This document shows positions 47,377-57,287 of a DNA stretch of 64,000 nt, in pieces. The stretch is from a virus. The notes below the pieces were generated by a model, which did not search any database, was not told the DNA's origin, and saw only the letters and a list, made by a program, of their open reading frames with translations. Location: positions 3,105 through 67,104 of IMG/VR virus record IMGVR_UViG_3300050343_000277. The stretch is one strand, 5' to 3'. A program made the position numbers and the translations under genes. The stretch's first letter is position 1, and every line of letters starts with the position of its first letter.

Positions 47377-47859
47377 TTAACGCCACATATTATTTAGCAT
47401 AATTCTGGTTCCTACCGCAGTGTCTGCTGGTCCAGGTACTGCCATAATAAATTCTGAACCTGAACGATCAAATAAATACCGCCTTACTTCAGGTCTACGA
47501 TAATTAGCAACGTATAATGTTTCAGCCAAACGATCTACTTCTCGTAGATAAATCTCTCTAAAAAACTCATCACCTTTAAGCGGATCTGATGTAGCAATAG
47601 TCCGTTGGACATCACCAGCAATCTGCTCTAAACGACTGTAATTAGGTGAACCACTGGAGTCCGCTGGGAAGTACTCACTGTTCTCCCATGCTGTATCGCA
47701 CCTACGAATATGGTTAACGATTTGGTTATACCAGTACTCATCTGGGATGAGAGCCATTGCTTCTTCAAGTCGTGCTCTATCACCAGCTGGAATTTGAGCA
47801 CCTGCATTGATCCCTAGGTGGAACCTTGCTTTTGATTTAAGTAGATCATCTAATTCCAT
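47377..47859 (-). CDS. putative head-completion/adaptor protein
   Basis: 160 aa, KARFHLG N-terminus; role inferred from position only. Confidence 0.45.
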   Translation of the reverse strand: MELDDLLKSKARFHLGINAGAQIPAGDRARLEEAMALIPDEYWYNQIVNHIRRCDTAWENSEYFPADSSGSPNYSRLEQIAGDVQRTIATSDPLKGDEFFREIYLREVDRLAETLYVANYRRPEVRRYLFDRSGSEFIMAVPGPADTAVGTRIMLNNMWR

Positions 47860-48263
47860 CAGCCGATTAACCCCTGTTGTGAATAAGCATCACGGAGAAC
47901 TGATTCCAGCCTTGCCTCGTCACCTGGCATCAAGCCACCCTGCGATTGAATCTTGGCTAGCAATGCTCCAGCAGGACCAGCTTCATTTGCCATTTGCTGT
48001 TGAGCAGCTGCACCAAGCCCTCCACCTAGAAGTGCTCCAACAATTCCACCAGCCATTCGCAAGCCAGGCTTAATTCTGCTGTTAGTTCCACGCAAATGTC
48101 CAACGCCTCTGCCAATTACATGTGGCAAAGTTCCAGTTAAGGCACCTAGGGCAGCGCCGCCACCAACGCCTAATGCAACCATATCGCTTAGACGTGGACC
48201 CTCTTCCGCTTCTTGTGCAGCTTGGGCCAAGAGTACTTGTTGAATACGTGGGTCCATTATCAT
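47859..48263 (-). CDS. glycine-zipper membrane-like protein
   Basis: Two GxxxG-rich hydrophobic segments. Confidence 0.65.
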   Translation of the reverse strand: MIMDPRIQQVLLAQAAQEAEEGPRLSDMVALGVGGGAALGALTGTLPHVIGRGVGHLRGTNSRIKPGLRMAGGIVGALLGGGLGAAAQQQMANEAGPAGALLAKIQSQGGLMPGDEARLESVLRDAYSQQGLIG

Positions 48264-48283
48264 TAAGCCTGTTTACTTATATT

Positions 48284-48715
48284 TTAACTAATAAAGATTA
48301 AGTCCTCATCAATTAGCTGTTCCCAATTAACACGAGGAATATTTTCCAACTGTTTAAGATTGGCAAAACGCTCACCACTCAATGACATGCGCAGCTCAAC
48401 AATGCGCTTGGCTGTTGCATAACCTACGCCTGGTAGACGTTTGGCAATCTGTTCTGCTGGTGCTGTATTCAAATTAAGTCGTGAATCTTCAATAGGCACA
48501 ACTGTTGTTGGAAGTTGCTCTTCCGGCTCTAATGCGATTTGGGGAGCTGCAACTTTTGCTAAACGACCTTTCTCACGGTCATAAGGTACAAGCTGTTCTA
48601 AATTTACGTAAGTAATTTGTCCTCCTGCATCCCGAACCATTGCAAATTCTTTATCATGCTTATTGATAAACTCGACAAGCTTTCCTGTTTTCTGATCCTG
48701 AAATAAGTTACTCAT
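48284..48715 (-). CDS. helix-hairpin-helix (ComEA-like) domain protein
   Basis: LNLNTAPAEQI..RLPGVGYATAKRIVELR. Confidence 0.8.
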   Translation of the reverse strand: MSNLFQDQKTGKLVEFINKHDKEFAMVRDAGGQITYVNLEQLVPYDREKGRLAKVAAPQIALEPEEQLPTTVVPIEDSRLNLNTAPAEQIAKRLPGVGYATAKRIVELRMSLSGERFANLKQLENIPRVNWEQLIDEDLIFIS

Positions 48716-48751
48716 TACTATACTTACTACACTCCAACATTATAGGCATAT

Positions 48752-48777
48752 AAAAAAGAGGCCCCGAAGGACCTCTT
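48752..48777 (-). terminator. terminator after the capsid genes
   Basis: aagaggtcc-ttcg-gggcctctt-tttt on the - strand (cUUCGg tetraloop). Confidence 0.8.
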
Positions 48778-48798
48778 GAAATTACTTGTTAAAAGTGA

Positions 48799-49431
48799 TC
48801 AAGTACCTTGACCAGCTTCAACAGCATAAGGGATGTTGACATCGTCGTAGCCAGGAGCAGCAGCAGGGACATAGAAGCAGACTTCAACAATAATTGCTGA
48901 AGGAGCATTACGACCTGCACCAGCGGTATCCTTCAATTCTGCAGTGAATGCAGCTGAAGTTGTGATTTCAACGTTGGTTGCAGCTGAAGTACTGATTGCA
49001 GTACCGTCAACAATGTTCTTAAGTGCAGAAGACACACCGTCTTCTGGGAAGAACTTATCAGAACCAGCAGTCAATGTTCCACTTGTAGGAGCATTTGAAC
49101 CGAGAGTTTTGACAACAATCGTGTCAGCAGCAGCATTCGCTTTCACGCCAGGAGCGGAAATAGCGGTGCGATAAACAACAGCGTTCTTAGGGATAACCAT
49201 AAGCTTATCCTTACGTGGCTTGTCATCCTGACGAAGGTCTGGAGACAGGATCTGAGGCTGGTAATCACCAGCATTCAGAACACCAGCAGCTGTAGTGACA
49301 CTATCAGTATCAGGGTTAAGTACAACAGCACCGACGAGACGGTAGAACTCAACACCGGGGAGGGCCACAACACCCTGATCGCGATATGCGTTCAGTTGTG
49401 CGACATAGTTACCTGGAAAAATTACAGTCAT
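48799..49431 (-). CDS. putative capsid decoration/minor capsid protein
   Basis: Directly follows the major capsid gene, with AGGAG Shine-Dalgarno and similar codon bias. Confidence 0.6.
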   Translation of the reverse strand: MTVIFPGNYVAQLNAYRDQGVVALPGVEFYRLVGAVVLNPDTDSVTTAAGVLNAGDYQPQILSPDLRQDDKPRKDKLMVIPKNAVVYRTAISAPGVKANAAADTIVVKTLGSNAPTSGTLTAGSDKFFPEDGVSSALKNIVDGTAISTSAATNVEITTSAAFTAELKDTAGAGRNAPSAIIVEVCFYVPAAAPGYDDVNIPYAVEAGQGT

Positions 49432-49447
49432 GATTAGTTAGCTCCTA

Positions 49448-50596
49448 TCAATATACGAAAGAGTAACCAACCGTGATGAAATCCTTATTCAGGGTTTCAA
49501 AACCGGCGAACAGACTCCAAATCATGATGATGAATCGTGAGAAGTCATCATTGTTATTTAGAAGAATCTGAGCGTTATTACCACCGATGCCGACACCGAC
49601 AGCTTGAGGGCCGAAGAAGATCAGCTGGCTAGCGCTGTAATCAGCGGCACTGCTGTTTTCGTCAGTAACCACAAGGTTGTATGTAGTTTCGGGCAGGTTG
49701 GTGGACTCAAACCAACGGACACCCTCAAAGAGGAAGCCTGTAGGCATTACGGGCTGACCAGCAACAAAGCCGGCTTGACCGTAAGCAGGACCCATTCCTT
49801 GGTAGAAATTTGCATTGGGTGCCTGGTTGGGCTGCATGGGGTTGATCATGCCTGTGCCGGGATAACGAGCAATCTCGCGGAAGTCGTTGTTTTGGCGCAG
49901 GTGCATCATTGCCGTGGGGTCCACGATGCAGCGGTAGTAACCGTCAGCGAAGGTAGGGACGTTGCGCTTACGCATGTCCTTAACAACTTCGAGAAGGTCA
50001 GTGGTGATATCAAACTTGGCTGACTCACCAGCGGCGTAAGTAACACCCAAGGTGCCACCTGAACCGCCTTTGGCTTTACCACCGGGAAGGTAGTAGCCAC
50101 CTTGCTCTTTAGATGCTTGACCAGTTGCTTCTGCTTTAAGCAGTTCGTTGGCAAACACGCGATCACGCCAACGGCGGTAATCATCCAAAAGGGTCAAGCT
50201 TCCAATCGACTGATGGAAGACGTTGAGGTTGCCTGTATCAAGCAGCAGACGCTGAGCAGTGATCAGGGTTTCGCGAGCAACCTTGAAGGTTGAAGGCTGT
50301 GCACTGTCGCGAGTATCGGCTGGGCCGGTGTACTCACGCAGAGTGACAAGCACCTTGTCCTTGACAATGTTGCGAGCTGAAGCGGTACCGAGGGTTTGAT
50401 CGGCTGTACGCTCACGGGACTCCTTAGTACCAGGCTTACCCCAGAAGCGGTAACGATCAAGCTGTACGGTCTGGCCGGGCTGCTTTGAGAAATCGTGTAC
50501 GACTACTGGCTCAACTGCCATCTCAATGATGTAGGCAGGATGAGGACGGTAAAGTTCTGCACCAAGAAGTTTGGGAAAGTCATTATCAATCCACAT
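49448..50596 (-). CDS. major capsid protein
   Basis: 382 aa, strong codon bias, GGAG Shine-Dalgarno; PGQTVQL.RY, Y.CIVDP....LR and FEGVRWFES HK97-fold-like patterns. Confidence 0.75.
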   Translation of the reverse strand: MWIDNDFPKLLGAELYRPHPAYIIEMAVEPVVVHDFSKQPGQTVQLDRYRFWGKPGTKESRERTADQTLGTASARNIVKDKVLVTLREYTGPADTRDSAQPSTFKVARETLITAQRLLLDTGNLNVFHQSIGSLTLLDDYRRWRDRVFANELLKAEATGQASKEQGGYYLPGGKAKGGSGGTLGVTYAAGESAKFDITTDLLEVVKDMRKRNVPTFADGYYRCIVDPTAMMHLRQNNDFREIARYPGTGMINPMQPNQAPNANFYQGMGPAYGQAGFVAGQPVMPTGFLFEGVRWFESTNLPETTYNLVVTDENSSAADYSASQLIFFGPQAVGVGIGGNNAQILLNNNDDFSRFIIMIWSLFAGFETLNKDFITVGYSFVY

Positions 50597-50702
50597 AGGA
50601 TCGTAACTCCAAACTAATAGTTATATAAGTGACTTCGACTTAGCCACATAGTTAGATATTAGTATTAATTGCTAGTATTTATAAAGTAGACCCCAAAATA
50701 TT

Positions 50703-51074
50703 GTGGTAATGGAATTTATAGATGACAGCGTATGGAAGCCAGTACATTCACTGCCAGGATTTGAATGTTGCATTGAGTACTACATAAATTGCCTTGGCGA
50801 AATCAAAAGCACAAAAGGAGTTGTAGAGCGTATCCTGAAGCAACGAGTAAACAAAAATGGATATCGCCAAGTAAATCTTACTCAACGGATTGGACGCAAA
50901 CAAACAATCACGGTTGCTGTGCACAAACTAGTTGCTCTAGCGTTTTTAGAATCACCTCCAACTCCTTTGGGCAAAACTAAGTCAAGCAGTAAGATTGCAC
51001 ATATAAACGGAGACAAACTAGATAACAAAATAGACAATCTTAAATGGACTAAAATAGAAGAAAGTAATACGTAA
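50703..51074 (+). CDS. NUMOD4-HNH homing endonuclease-like protein (C-terminus short)
   Basis: WKPV..PGFE..Y.I...G.IKS, VHKLVALAFL, HINGDKLDN...NLKW. Confidence 0.8.
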   Translation: MVMEFIDDSVWKPVHSLPGFECCIEYYINCLGEIKSTKGVVERILKQRVNKNGYRQVNLTQRIGRKQTITVAVHKLVALAFLESPPTPLGKTKSSSKIAHINGDKLDNKIDNLKWTKIEESNT

Positions 51075-51079
51075 ATCTG

Positions 51080-51811
51080 ATGGCTGATAGTCTTGTGCTG
51101 AAGGGTTTCAAAGAAGTTAAAAAGCATACTGGGAAAGAAATGCAACTTCAACTTCCGAAGCGTGGAAGTGAAACTAAGATGAAAAAATGGTGGGCAGTTA
51201 ATGCAGGACAAGTTCAGTACGTATCCTGTGCACTATTTAAAGTAACTGTCAATGGGAATTCAGTTCTACTAGCTGTTGATGCAAGCTCTCTTTCAACAGT
51301 ACGCATTGACCATGATGGTCGGTTTAACTTTAACTTCTACATCTGCAATGGTGTTTCCAGAGCTGCTTTATTTACAGAAGACAAGCAAATCATTGAGCAT
51401 TACCTGTTCCCTAGAATCAGTGGCGGGAAAATCATGACAGTGATTCCTCCTGGTGCTGCTGAGAGGCCTTTCAAAAAAGATATCGGAGAGGTTATCGTCA
51501 GTGGCCCATCGTCAGGAAAGGAAGGCGATACATGTACATTTAATGTTGAGACTACTGGAAACGCAACAGATATAGAAACTGAGACACTGAGTTACCAGTG
51601 GACATTGACCGGTGAAGGGACGTTCGTTGGCAAAACATCGCTTAAGTCTGTAAAGGTGAAGCTGGGAAAAGGTAACGTAGGCGTTACCTGTACAGCATCC
51701 TCTGCTGATCCTAATGTTTGCGATAGCCCTCAATCCGGCTTTCGGGTTGTATCAGTAGAGCCAGCACCTGAACCGGAACCAACTGAAGAGACAGAAGAAA
51801 CTTCAGATTAA
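51080..51811 (+). CDS. protein with C-terminal PKD/Ig-like domain
   Basis: VSGPSS..EG....F, LSYQWT, VTCTAS. Confidence 0.6.
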   Translation: MADSLVLKGFKEVKKHTGKEMQLQLPKRGSETKMKKWWAVNAGQVQYVSCALFKVTVNGNSVLLAVDASSLSTVRIDHDGRFNFNFYICNGVSRAALFTEDKQIIEHYLFPRISGGKIMTVIPPGAAERPFKKDIGEVIVSGPSSGKEGDTCTFNVETTGNATDIETETLSYQWTLTGEGTFVGKTSLKSVKVKLGKGNVGVTCTASSADPNVCDSPQSGFRVVSVEPAPEPEPTEETEETSD

Positions 51812-52497
51812 TAAGAGCCCGAATTGAGCTTTCTCATGACAAGACGTTTGTCAGTGATCGAATCGTAAGATCGAAGCTCAGTTCCAATAGTACATTCAGC
51901 ATCGAAACTTACTCTTTTTGTATTTCGTGCGTGGAAGCCAATATAAAAATGATCATTGGCTTGAACATACATCTTGTCATAAGGATGCTCTTCGCGATCA
52001 GCTGTATACAGGCAGATCTCTAAATCCTTATCGATGTAAGCATTGCCTGTTTTAAGATTATCTAACTGAACACTTAGAAAACCTCGGCCTCCAGGCAAGA
52101 ACGGAAGACGATCTTCAGCGCCAATAGCTTCCTCATAGGTATTAACCGTGGGAAAAGTGCCAAAATCAAATTCAGCACGAGTGTAGTTAGAGTCCAGATC
52201 TTGTCCCCCCTTGATATTGGCGCAAGAGAAGAACTCTTCCTCAAAGCACGATCGCACAATATCTCCAACAATAGTTAGCTGTACTTTGACAAAGTAATTC
52301 TCAGCTCCCATCAAGCCGACACTATCCTGATATTTAAACGTGTGCGGAATCACACTAATAGTCTGTGTATCAGGCTTAGTGATTGATGCACCTGCAGCAT
52401 AGTTCAGCTGCTTACTAGCTGCGTTACCTTTGCTGGAAGTGTAATCACTTGCACCGTAAACAATATAGTTATTATTTATTTCTTTAGTGACACTCAT
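51808..52497 (-). CDS. hypothetical protein
   Basis: 229-aa ORF. Confidence 0.75.
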   Translation of the reverse strand: MSVTKEINNNYIVYGASDYTSSKGNAASKQLNYAAGASITKPDTQTISVIPHTFKYQDSVGLMGAENYFVKVQLTIVGDIVRSCFEEEFFSCANIKGGQDLDSNYTRAEFDFGTFPTVNTYEEAIGAEDRLPFLPGGRGFLSVQLDNLKTGNAYIDKDLEICLYTADREEHPYDKMYVQANDHFYIGFHARNTKRVSFDAECTIGTELRSYDSITDKRLVMRKLNSGSY

Positions 52498-52526
52498 TGG
52501 CCATTAGTGCTATTTCTTCTATTGTA

Positions 52527-53468
52527 TTAAAGATACTCCACCAGACTATCAGGGCATTCGCGGATATAACGCAGCGCTTTATTCTCTAGAGTCCGTACAC
52601 GGTCTCTACTCATGTTAAGGACTTGACCGATAGCAGTCATGGACATTGGCTCAAGTACTTCCTCGCCAATCCCGTAACGCATTCTAATAACAGCTGATTG
52701 CATCTCAGGCAACTCATCAATGATGTCGCGGATATTTTCTTTAACAGCTTGTCGATCTAATAACATTTCGGGAAGCTGTGTCTCATCCTCAAGCAGGTCG
52801 ATCAAAGCAGTATCCCTGTTCTCTCCTATCTTTATCTCAAGTGACGTAGGTTGACGTGCCTTACACATTAGATCTTTGATTTCATCTACAGAAGAATCTA
52901 GATAATCAGCCAGTTGAAATACTGTAGGCATTTCCCCATTGATCTGACTTAGCTCACGTTGAGCTTTCTTAAGCTTGTTGAGGTTTTCTGTAACGTGAAT
53001 TGGTAGGCGTATTGCCCGCGATTTCTCCGCAATGGCCCGCGTGATGCCTTGACGGATCCACCAATAAGCATAGGTACTAAACTTATAGCCACGGCTAGGG
53101 TCAAACTTTTCAACACCACGTACTAAACCAATTGTTCCCTCTTGAATGATATCTAACAACTCCATATTGCGTTTAGTATATTTCTTGGCAACACTCACAA
53201 CCAAACGCAAGTTTGCTGTGACCATCTTGTCTTTAGCTTTAGTTCCTGCTCTTAACTGACGCTTCAAGTCAAGAGTAGAGATACCAAGAATCCCAGCCAA
53301 ATCATCTTGGCTCTTAACTTCCATTTCGTCTTCAATTTCTTTGATCTCCATTAACCGTTGGACCTGTCGTCCAAGAAGAATCTCTTCTTCATGCTCCAAG
53401 AGTGGAATTCTACCAATGTCTCTTAAATATGAACGAACAGAATCTCCTGAAAGCTTGATTGATGACAT
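52527..53468 (-). CDS. RpoD/SigA-family (group 2-like) sigma-70 factor
   Basis: DSVRSYLRDIGRIPLL, ANLRLVVSVAKKY, GYKFSTYAYWWIRQGITRAIA, SRDRVRTLENKAL. Confidence 0.96.
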   Translation of the reverse strand: MSSIKLSGDSVRSYLRDIGRIPLLEHEEEILLGRQVQRLMEIKEIEDEMEVKSQDDLAGILGISTLDLKRQLRAGTKAKDKMVTANLRLVVSVAKKYTKRNMELLDIIQEGTIGLVRGVEKFDPSRGYKFSTYAYWWIRQGITRAIAEKSRAIRLPIHVTENLNKLKKAQRELSQINGEMPTVFQLADYLDSSVDEIKDLMCKARQPTSLEIKIGENRDTALIDLLEDETQLPEMLLDRQAVKENIRDIIDELPEMQSAVIRMRYGIGEEVLEPMSMTAIGQVLNMSRDRVRTLENKALRYIRECPDSLVEYL

Positions 53469-53522
53469 ATAATACGCTTGCCTATGTATTAACTATAGCT
53501 GTAAATTCTAGCTAAGTCAACA

Positions 53523-53813
53523 TTAACCGCGAAGTCTTGCGAATCTAATTGATACCGAAGGCTCTTCTTCTCTTCCTTCTAGTGCTTCTACTGCCATTGC
53601 TTGAGCAGCGTGCTCATTAAAACCTTTTGACTTATAGTTATCTTCGTACTGTTGATACTTTGCTACGCTACTTTCAAAGTCTTCGCCATGTGTAAGCATC
53701 TCTGCTGCCATTTGATTGGCAGCCTGATCAGGCACACCATCACTCTTGAGGTGTTTCCAGATAGTTTGAAAAACCTCTGGATTATCACATGCACAATCGC
53801 CTGCTAAACGCAC
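53523..53813 (-). CDS. hypothetical protein with internal duplication
   Basis: KSDGV...AA..MA.E.L and KSKGF...AA..MA.E.L. Confidence 0.65.
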   Translation of the reverse strand: MRLAGDCACDNPEVFQTIWKHLKSDGVPDQAANQMAAEMLTHGEDFESSVAKYQQYEDNYKSKGFNEHAAQAMAVEALEGREEEPSVSIRFARLRG

Positions 53814-53872
53814 AATAATAATCCACTACATGTTCTCTAATTGTAGTAAATATTGAACAAAGAAAGGTTTGA

Positions 53873-54325
53873 TCAACCCATCGACTTAGCGTTCATGAGA
53901 CGAGTAATATTCACATCCTCAAGTCTTTTATTAAACAATTGTGGGTTAGCAAATTCTTTTGTTGCTGCACCTTTACTAGGCAGAGTCTCAATGATATTAG
54001 CCAACTTAGCATTTAAGCCCATCTGAGCTTTAAAGTCAGAATCAGATTGTCTTGTCATCTCCATGTCAACACCCTGAATAGCAGCCGCTGATCGCTGAGA
54101 TGCGGAAGAGATCGCATTCTGCTGAATATCAGTTTCTCTTTGCTGCCTAACAATATCTTCTTGGGGGTTACCAAATTTAGTGTAGCCACTACCATCATTT
54201 GCATTGAACATCCCAGTATTAACTGGGTTCATAGCACCGTTACCGTTGACAAAATTCGAATTTGTCAAAGCCTGTCTGGCATATGAAGATTCTTCGTTAG
54301 GTAGGCGGGAGATGTTGAAAGCCAT
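53873..54325 (-). CDS. hypothetical protein
   Basis: 150-aa ORF. Confidence 0.7.
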   Translation of the reverse strand: MAFNISRLPNEESSYARQALTNSNFVNGNGAMNPVNTGMFNANDGSGYTKFGNPQEDIVRQQRETDIQQNAISSASQRSAAAIQGVDMEMTRQSDSDFKAQMGLNAKLANIIETLPSKGAATKEFANPQLFNKRLEDVNITRLMNAKSMG

Positions 54326-54436
54326 TTTAAATTAACTCTATATAGTCCTATTGTAATAAGTAATGCTTTAACAAGAATTAGTTGTATTTAAACAAAAGAG
54401 GGTTCCCTTTAATAAGAAACCCTCATGCTTTATTGA

Positions 54437-55480
54437 TCAGTAGTCCTGAACAAGCATCTTGCTTTGGAACGCCTGAGCTGGAGCACCGGAGAGATACTGC
54501 CAAGCATTCTCTGGGTTGTTATCCATCAGTGAACTGAAGTCACCCCAGAAGGAATTGGTAGCGCTTTCCTGACGACCAGGTGTAGGCATATCCATTACTG
54601 GACGTTGGAAGTTCTGTGGTACACCACGCTCTTCCTGATGAGCGATCTCTTGAGCAAACTGCTCACGTGCAAGGTACTCATTGATCTGAGCTTGCTCGGA
54701 GGAAGAAGGTGTTGGATAAGGACCTTCAGGACCGAAGAAGCCAAGCACGTAGTCAGAGAGCACTTCTGGATTGGTGAGCATGATGTTCATTGCTGAACGC
54801 TCTTCGGATGCTGCATCGAGCATCAGATCCATGGTGCTGTTCCGGCCAACCTGCTCAATGAGTGCGTCTTCTACTGCACATGCATAGTTGTTCAGCAAGC
54901 CAGGGGCTTCAGCACCGAAATGCTCTAGAACCTCAAGACTGACATCAGAGATTTGGCTTAGGTAAGAATCACTTGCCTCGCTTGCTCCTTGACTTAGGTA
55001 CTGAGCCTGAGCCGCTGCCTGTTGCTGATACTGCTGCTGAGCCACCAAGTGCTGGATTTGATTGAGCTCCTGGGCCGAATAAGCCTGGGTTGAAGCTGGC
55101 TGAGCGTATGTCTGCTGAGCCTGCTGGTCCCATTGCTGGGGCTGTGAACCCCAAGTTGCCTGGGTACTGGCCTGAGTTGTCGGAGTCTGATATGCCGAGT
55201 ACGACGCCTGGGCCGGGGACGCTTGAGGCGTATTCAGGCTTGCGCTGAGTGCCTGGAACGCCTCCTGCCAAGGATTCGCTGCTGCTGCCGGGGCCGCCGA
55301 AGCCTGCGGGGCCGCCGTTGGCTGGTAACCCATTGGTGCCTGTGGAGCTGCCTGAGGGGCTGCCTGGTAGCTGGACGGGGCGCTCATCCCTGGTTGGGAG
55401 ACCAAGCTCGGAGCGCTTACGGTCGGCGTCGCTGAGCTTGCTTGTGCTCCGCTCGCCATCATTGGGCTTGTACTTTCCAC
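54437..55480 (-). CDS. Gln/Ala-rich putative scaffolding protein
   Basis: AAGGAG 10 nt before GTG 55480; terminator-like hairpin downstream; role inferred from position. Confidence 0.65.
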   Translation of the reverse strand: MESTSPMMASGAQASSATPTVSAPSLVSQPGMSAPSSYQAAPQAAPQAPMGYQPTAAPQASAAPAAAANPWQEAFQALSASLNTPQASPAQASYSAYQTPTTQASTQATWGSQPQQWDQQAQQTYAQPASTQAYSAQELNQIQHLVAQQQYQQQAAAQAQYLSQGASEASDSYLSQISDVSLEVLEHFGAEAPGLLNNYACAVEDALIEQVGRNSTMDLMLDAASEERSAMNIMLTNPEVLSDYVLGFFGPEGPYPTPSSSEQAQINEYLAREQFAQEIAHQEERGVPQNFQRPVMDMPTPGRQESATNSFWGDFSSLMDNNPENAWQYLSGAPAQAFQSKMLVQDY

Positions 55481-57227
55481 TGTAACTTAACTCCTTGCGT
55501 AAAAAATCGAGTGATCTATATAGGAACCCTGTGATATCAAGATTCGGATCAGCTGCTAAAGGCTGATTGGGTATTTGTGGATGAGGCAGTTGATATAACT
55601 GGCCAATCATCGAAACGAATGTATTGAAAGCCTGTTGTGATTGCTGGACCATCCTGAATGGAAATCCAGTTAGCATGGCAGCGCGTTCTTCATCAGTTTT
55701 GCTTGGGAAGAGATACTTAAGTGCTTCAATAGAATCGACACCTAATTCTTGAAGGTTTCGAACGACAATACTGTTGTTAAGAATGCCTTGTGAGTCTTCT
55801 TCGAAAATCTCTCCGGTCCAGCGCCAATTGACTTTGTCGCTGCCATCAGGGATTAAACCAATAACCCCGTTAGGTATATCACCTGACTCAATACTAGCAG
55901 ATAGCAATTTATCCTTTGATACAGTGTATTTTTGAAGATCAAGAGCATAAGTATTCTCAGCTTCTTGAAAAAGCTCTGGATCATCGTACTCTTCTTCTAA
56001 GGGCGGCTCTGGTTTTACAAGACCTTTGGCAACGGCAAATGATTCTTCAAAGAGATACTCTTCGTGCTGAATCATTAGTGCAAAGAGCTTACACAATCCA
56101 AATTCGAATAAGGCTTTAGCTTTTTTCTCGGCTGTAGCAGCACATCTTCCGTACAGTGATTTCATTTCATAGGCAGATGACGCCATATTGAAATCAAGGT
56201 CATCAACCCCACCAAGGGCTAAACGAATTTCAGACCTGTACTGCTTCACGTACATATTCTGATCACCACTCACTGCATCGGGAGTCATGTATGAGACACG
56301 ATCAGTTGGCTCTAAGTTTGCAATAACACGTGGAACTTTGATTTGACCATCTAATCCAGCACTAAATCCTGGTTGACTGGTTCGTGTGCTCGGACGATCC
56401 ATTGCGTAGAACCCAGCTTGAGAGCTAATGGTTGGACGCATTGAATTCTCATCACCACTTTCAAGAATGTCATGACGAGGACGGCTGGAAACAAGCGTTG
56501 GATTACCAAAGAACTTCATGTTCTTCCGTACATTTCGTACTAGCTCATCATGGAAGAGTATTTGATTAGCCATCCAATCAAACTCACCAGTACCTGTTGA
56601 AACACCTGTACAATCCAAGTGGTTAAAGACTTCTACAGCAGGAATAAAACCTAAGCTGTTGCTAAGAGTTTCAGTCTGACCTGGCTGCTGCATCGTAATG
56701 GTGCCAGCGTTCTCAAACTCAATTTTTTCATTTGAAATCGTTTGGTCAATTCGATCCTTATATACTTTCAGCTTGATGTACTTCTTCCTGCCACCCCGCT
56801 TCCCTTGAGTAGCGTAAGCATCCATCAAGTTGGGTTCTTTAACTGAGAAGCTATATATCAGCTCAACATGCTCAATCTCATTGACTTGATCCCTATAACA
56901 GCGATAGCTATCTTTTGGGAAATAAAGTAGCTGATATGTATCACCCGATGGTCTGAAGTAAAATAAACCCTGCCCGTCACATAGGAAATAATCAATAATA
57001 CTGTCTAGCTTCATTTCGAGCATATTGCTCTCATAAACTTTCTTGAGAAACTCTCTACGGCCACCGAACGAATCTTGATCACAGAAGAATTCAACACCGC
57101 GACGAAGAATAAATAATCGCATTTGAGCAAGATGCGATGACACAATCATTGTGTCTACTGGAAGATCGCCTCTTTTCTCCTTAGCTGCGTTAAGTATTTC
57201 CTGAAACTGAGCACTATTGTTCGACAT
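54969..57227 (-). CDS. putative portal protein with low-complexity C-terminal tail
   Basis: 752 aa between terminase and capsid genes; NSLGFIP.VE..N pattern. Confidence 0.65.
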   Translation of the reverse strand: MSNNSAQFQEILNAAKEKRGDLPVDTMIVSSHLAQMRLFILRRGVEFFCDQDSFGGRREFLKKVYESNMLEMKLDSIIDYFLCDGQGLFYFRPSGDTYQLLYFPKDSYRCYRDQVNEIEHVELIYSFSVKEPNLMDAYATQGKRGGRKKYIKLKVYKDRIDQTISNEKIEFENAGTITMQQPGQTETLSNSLGFIPAVEVFNHLDCTGVSTGTGEFDWMANQILFHDELVRNVRKNMKFFGNPTLVSSRPRHDILESGDENSMRPTISSQAGFYAMDRPSTRTSQPGFSAGLDGQIKVPRVIANLEPTDRVSYMTPDAVSGDQNMYVKQYRSEIRLALGGVDDLDFNMASSAYEMKSLYGRCAATAEKKAKALFEFGLCKLFALMIQHEEYLFEESFAVAKGLVKPEPPLEEEYDDPELFQEAENTYALDLQKYTVSKDKLLSASIESGDIPNGVIGLIPDGSDKVNWRWTGEIFEEDSQGILNNSIVVRNLQELGVDSIEALKYLFPSKTDEERAAMLTGFPFRMVQQSQQAFNTFVSMIGQLYQLPHPQIPNQPLAADPNLDITGFLYRSLDFLRKELSYSGKYKPNDGERSTSKLSDADRKRSELGLPTRDERPVQLPGSPSGSSTGTNGLPANGGPAGFGGPGSSSESLAGGVPGTQRKPEYASSVPGPGVVLGISDSDNSGQYPGNLGFTAPAMGPAGSADIRSASFNPGLFGPGAQSNPALGGSAAVSATGSGSGSVPKSRSKRGK

Positions 57228-57287
57228 TTTTTACTACTTTATATCCATATCAAGTCTAACGATACAAGCAATGAAATGAACAACTTC

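Noticed and set aside
48284-48715. PsbU photosystem subunit
   Set aside because: Only generic helix-hairpin-helix similarity, no signal peptide, structural-gene context.
48723-48733. CTTACTACACT, an 11-nt match to the long inverted-repeat core
   Set aside because: Short and without the flanking ACCACG; could be chance.
49604-50460. Antisense and alternate-frame ORFs inside the capsid gene (likewise in psbA, nrdAB and the tail fibre)
   Set aside because: Expected shadows of codon bias, with no independent signals.
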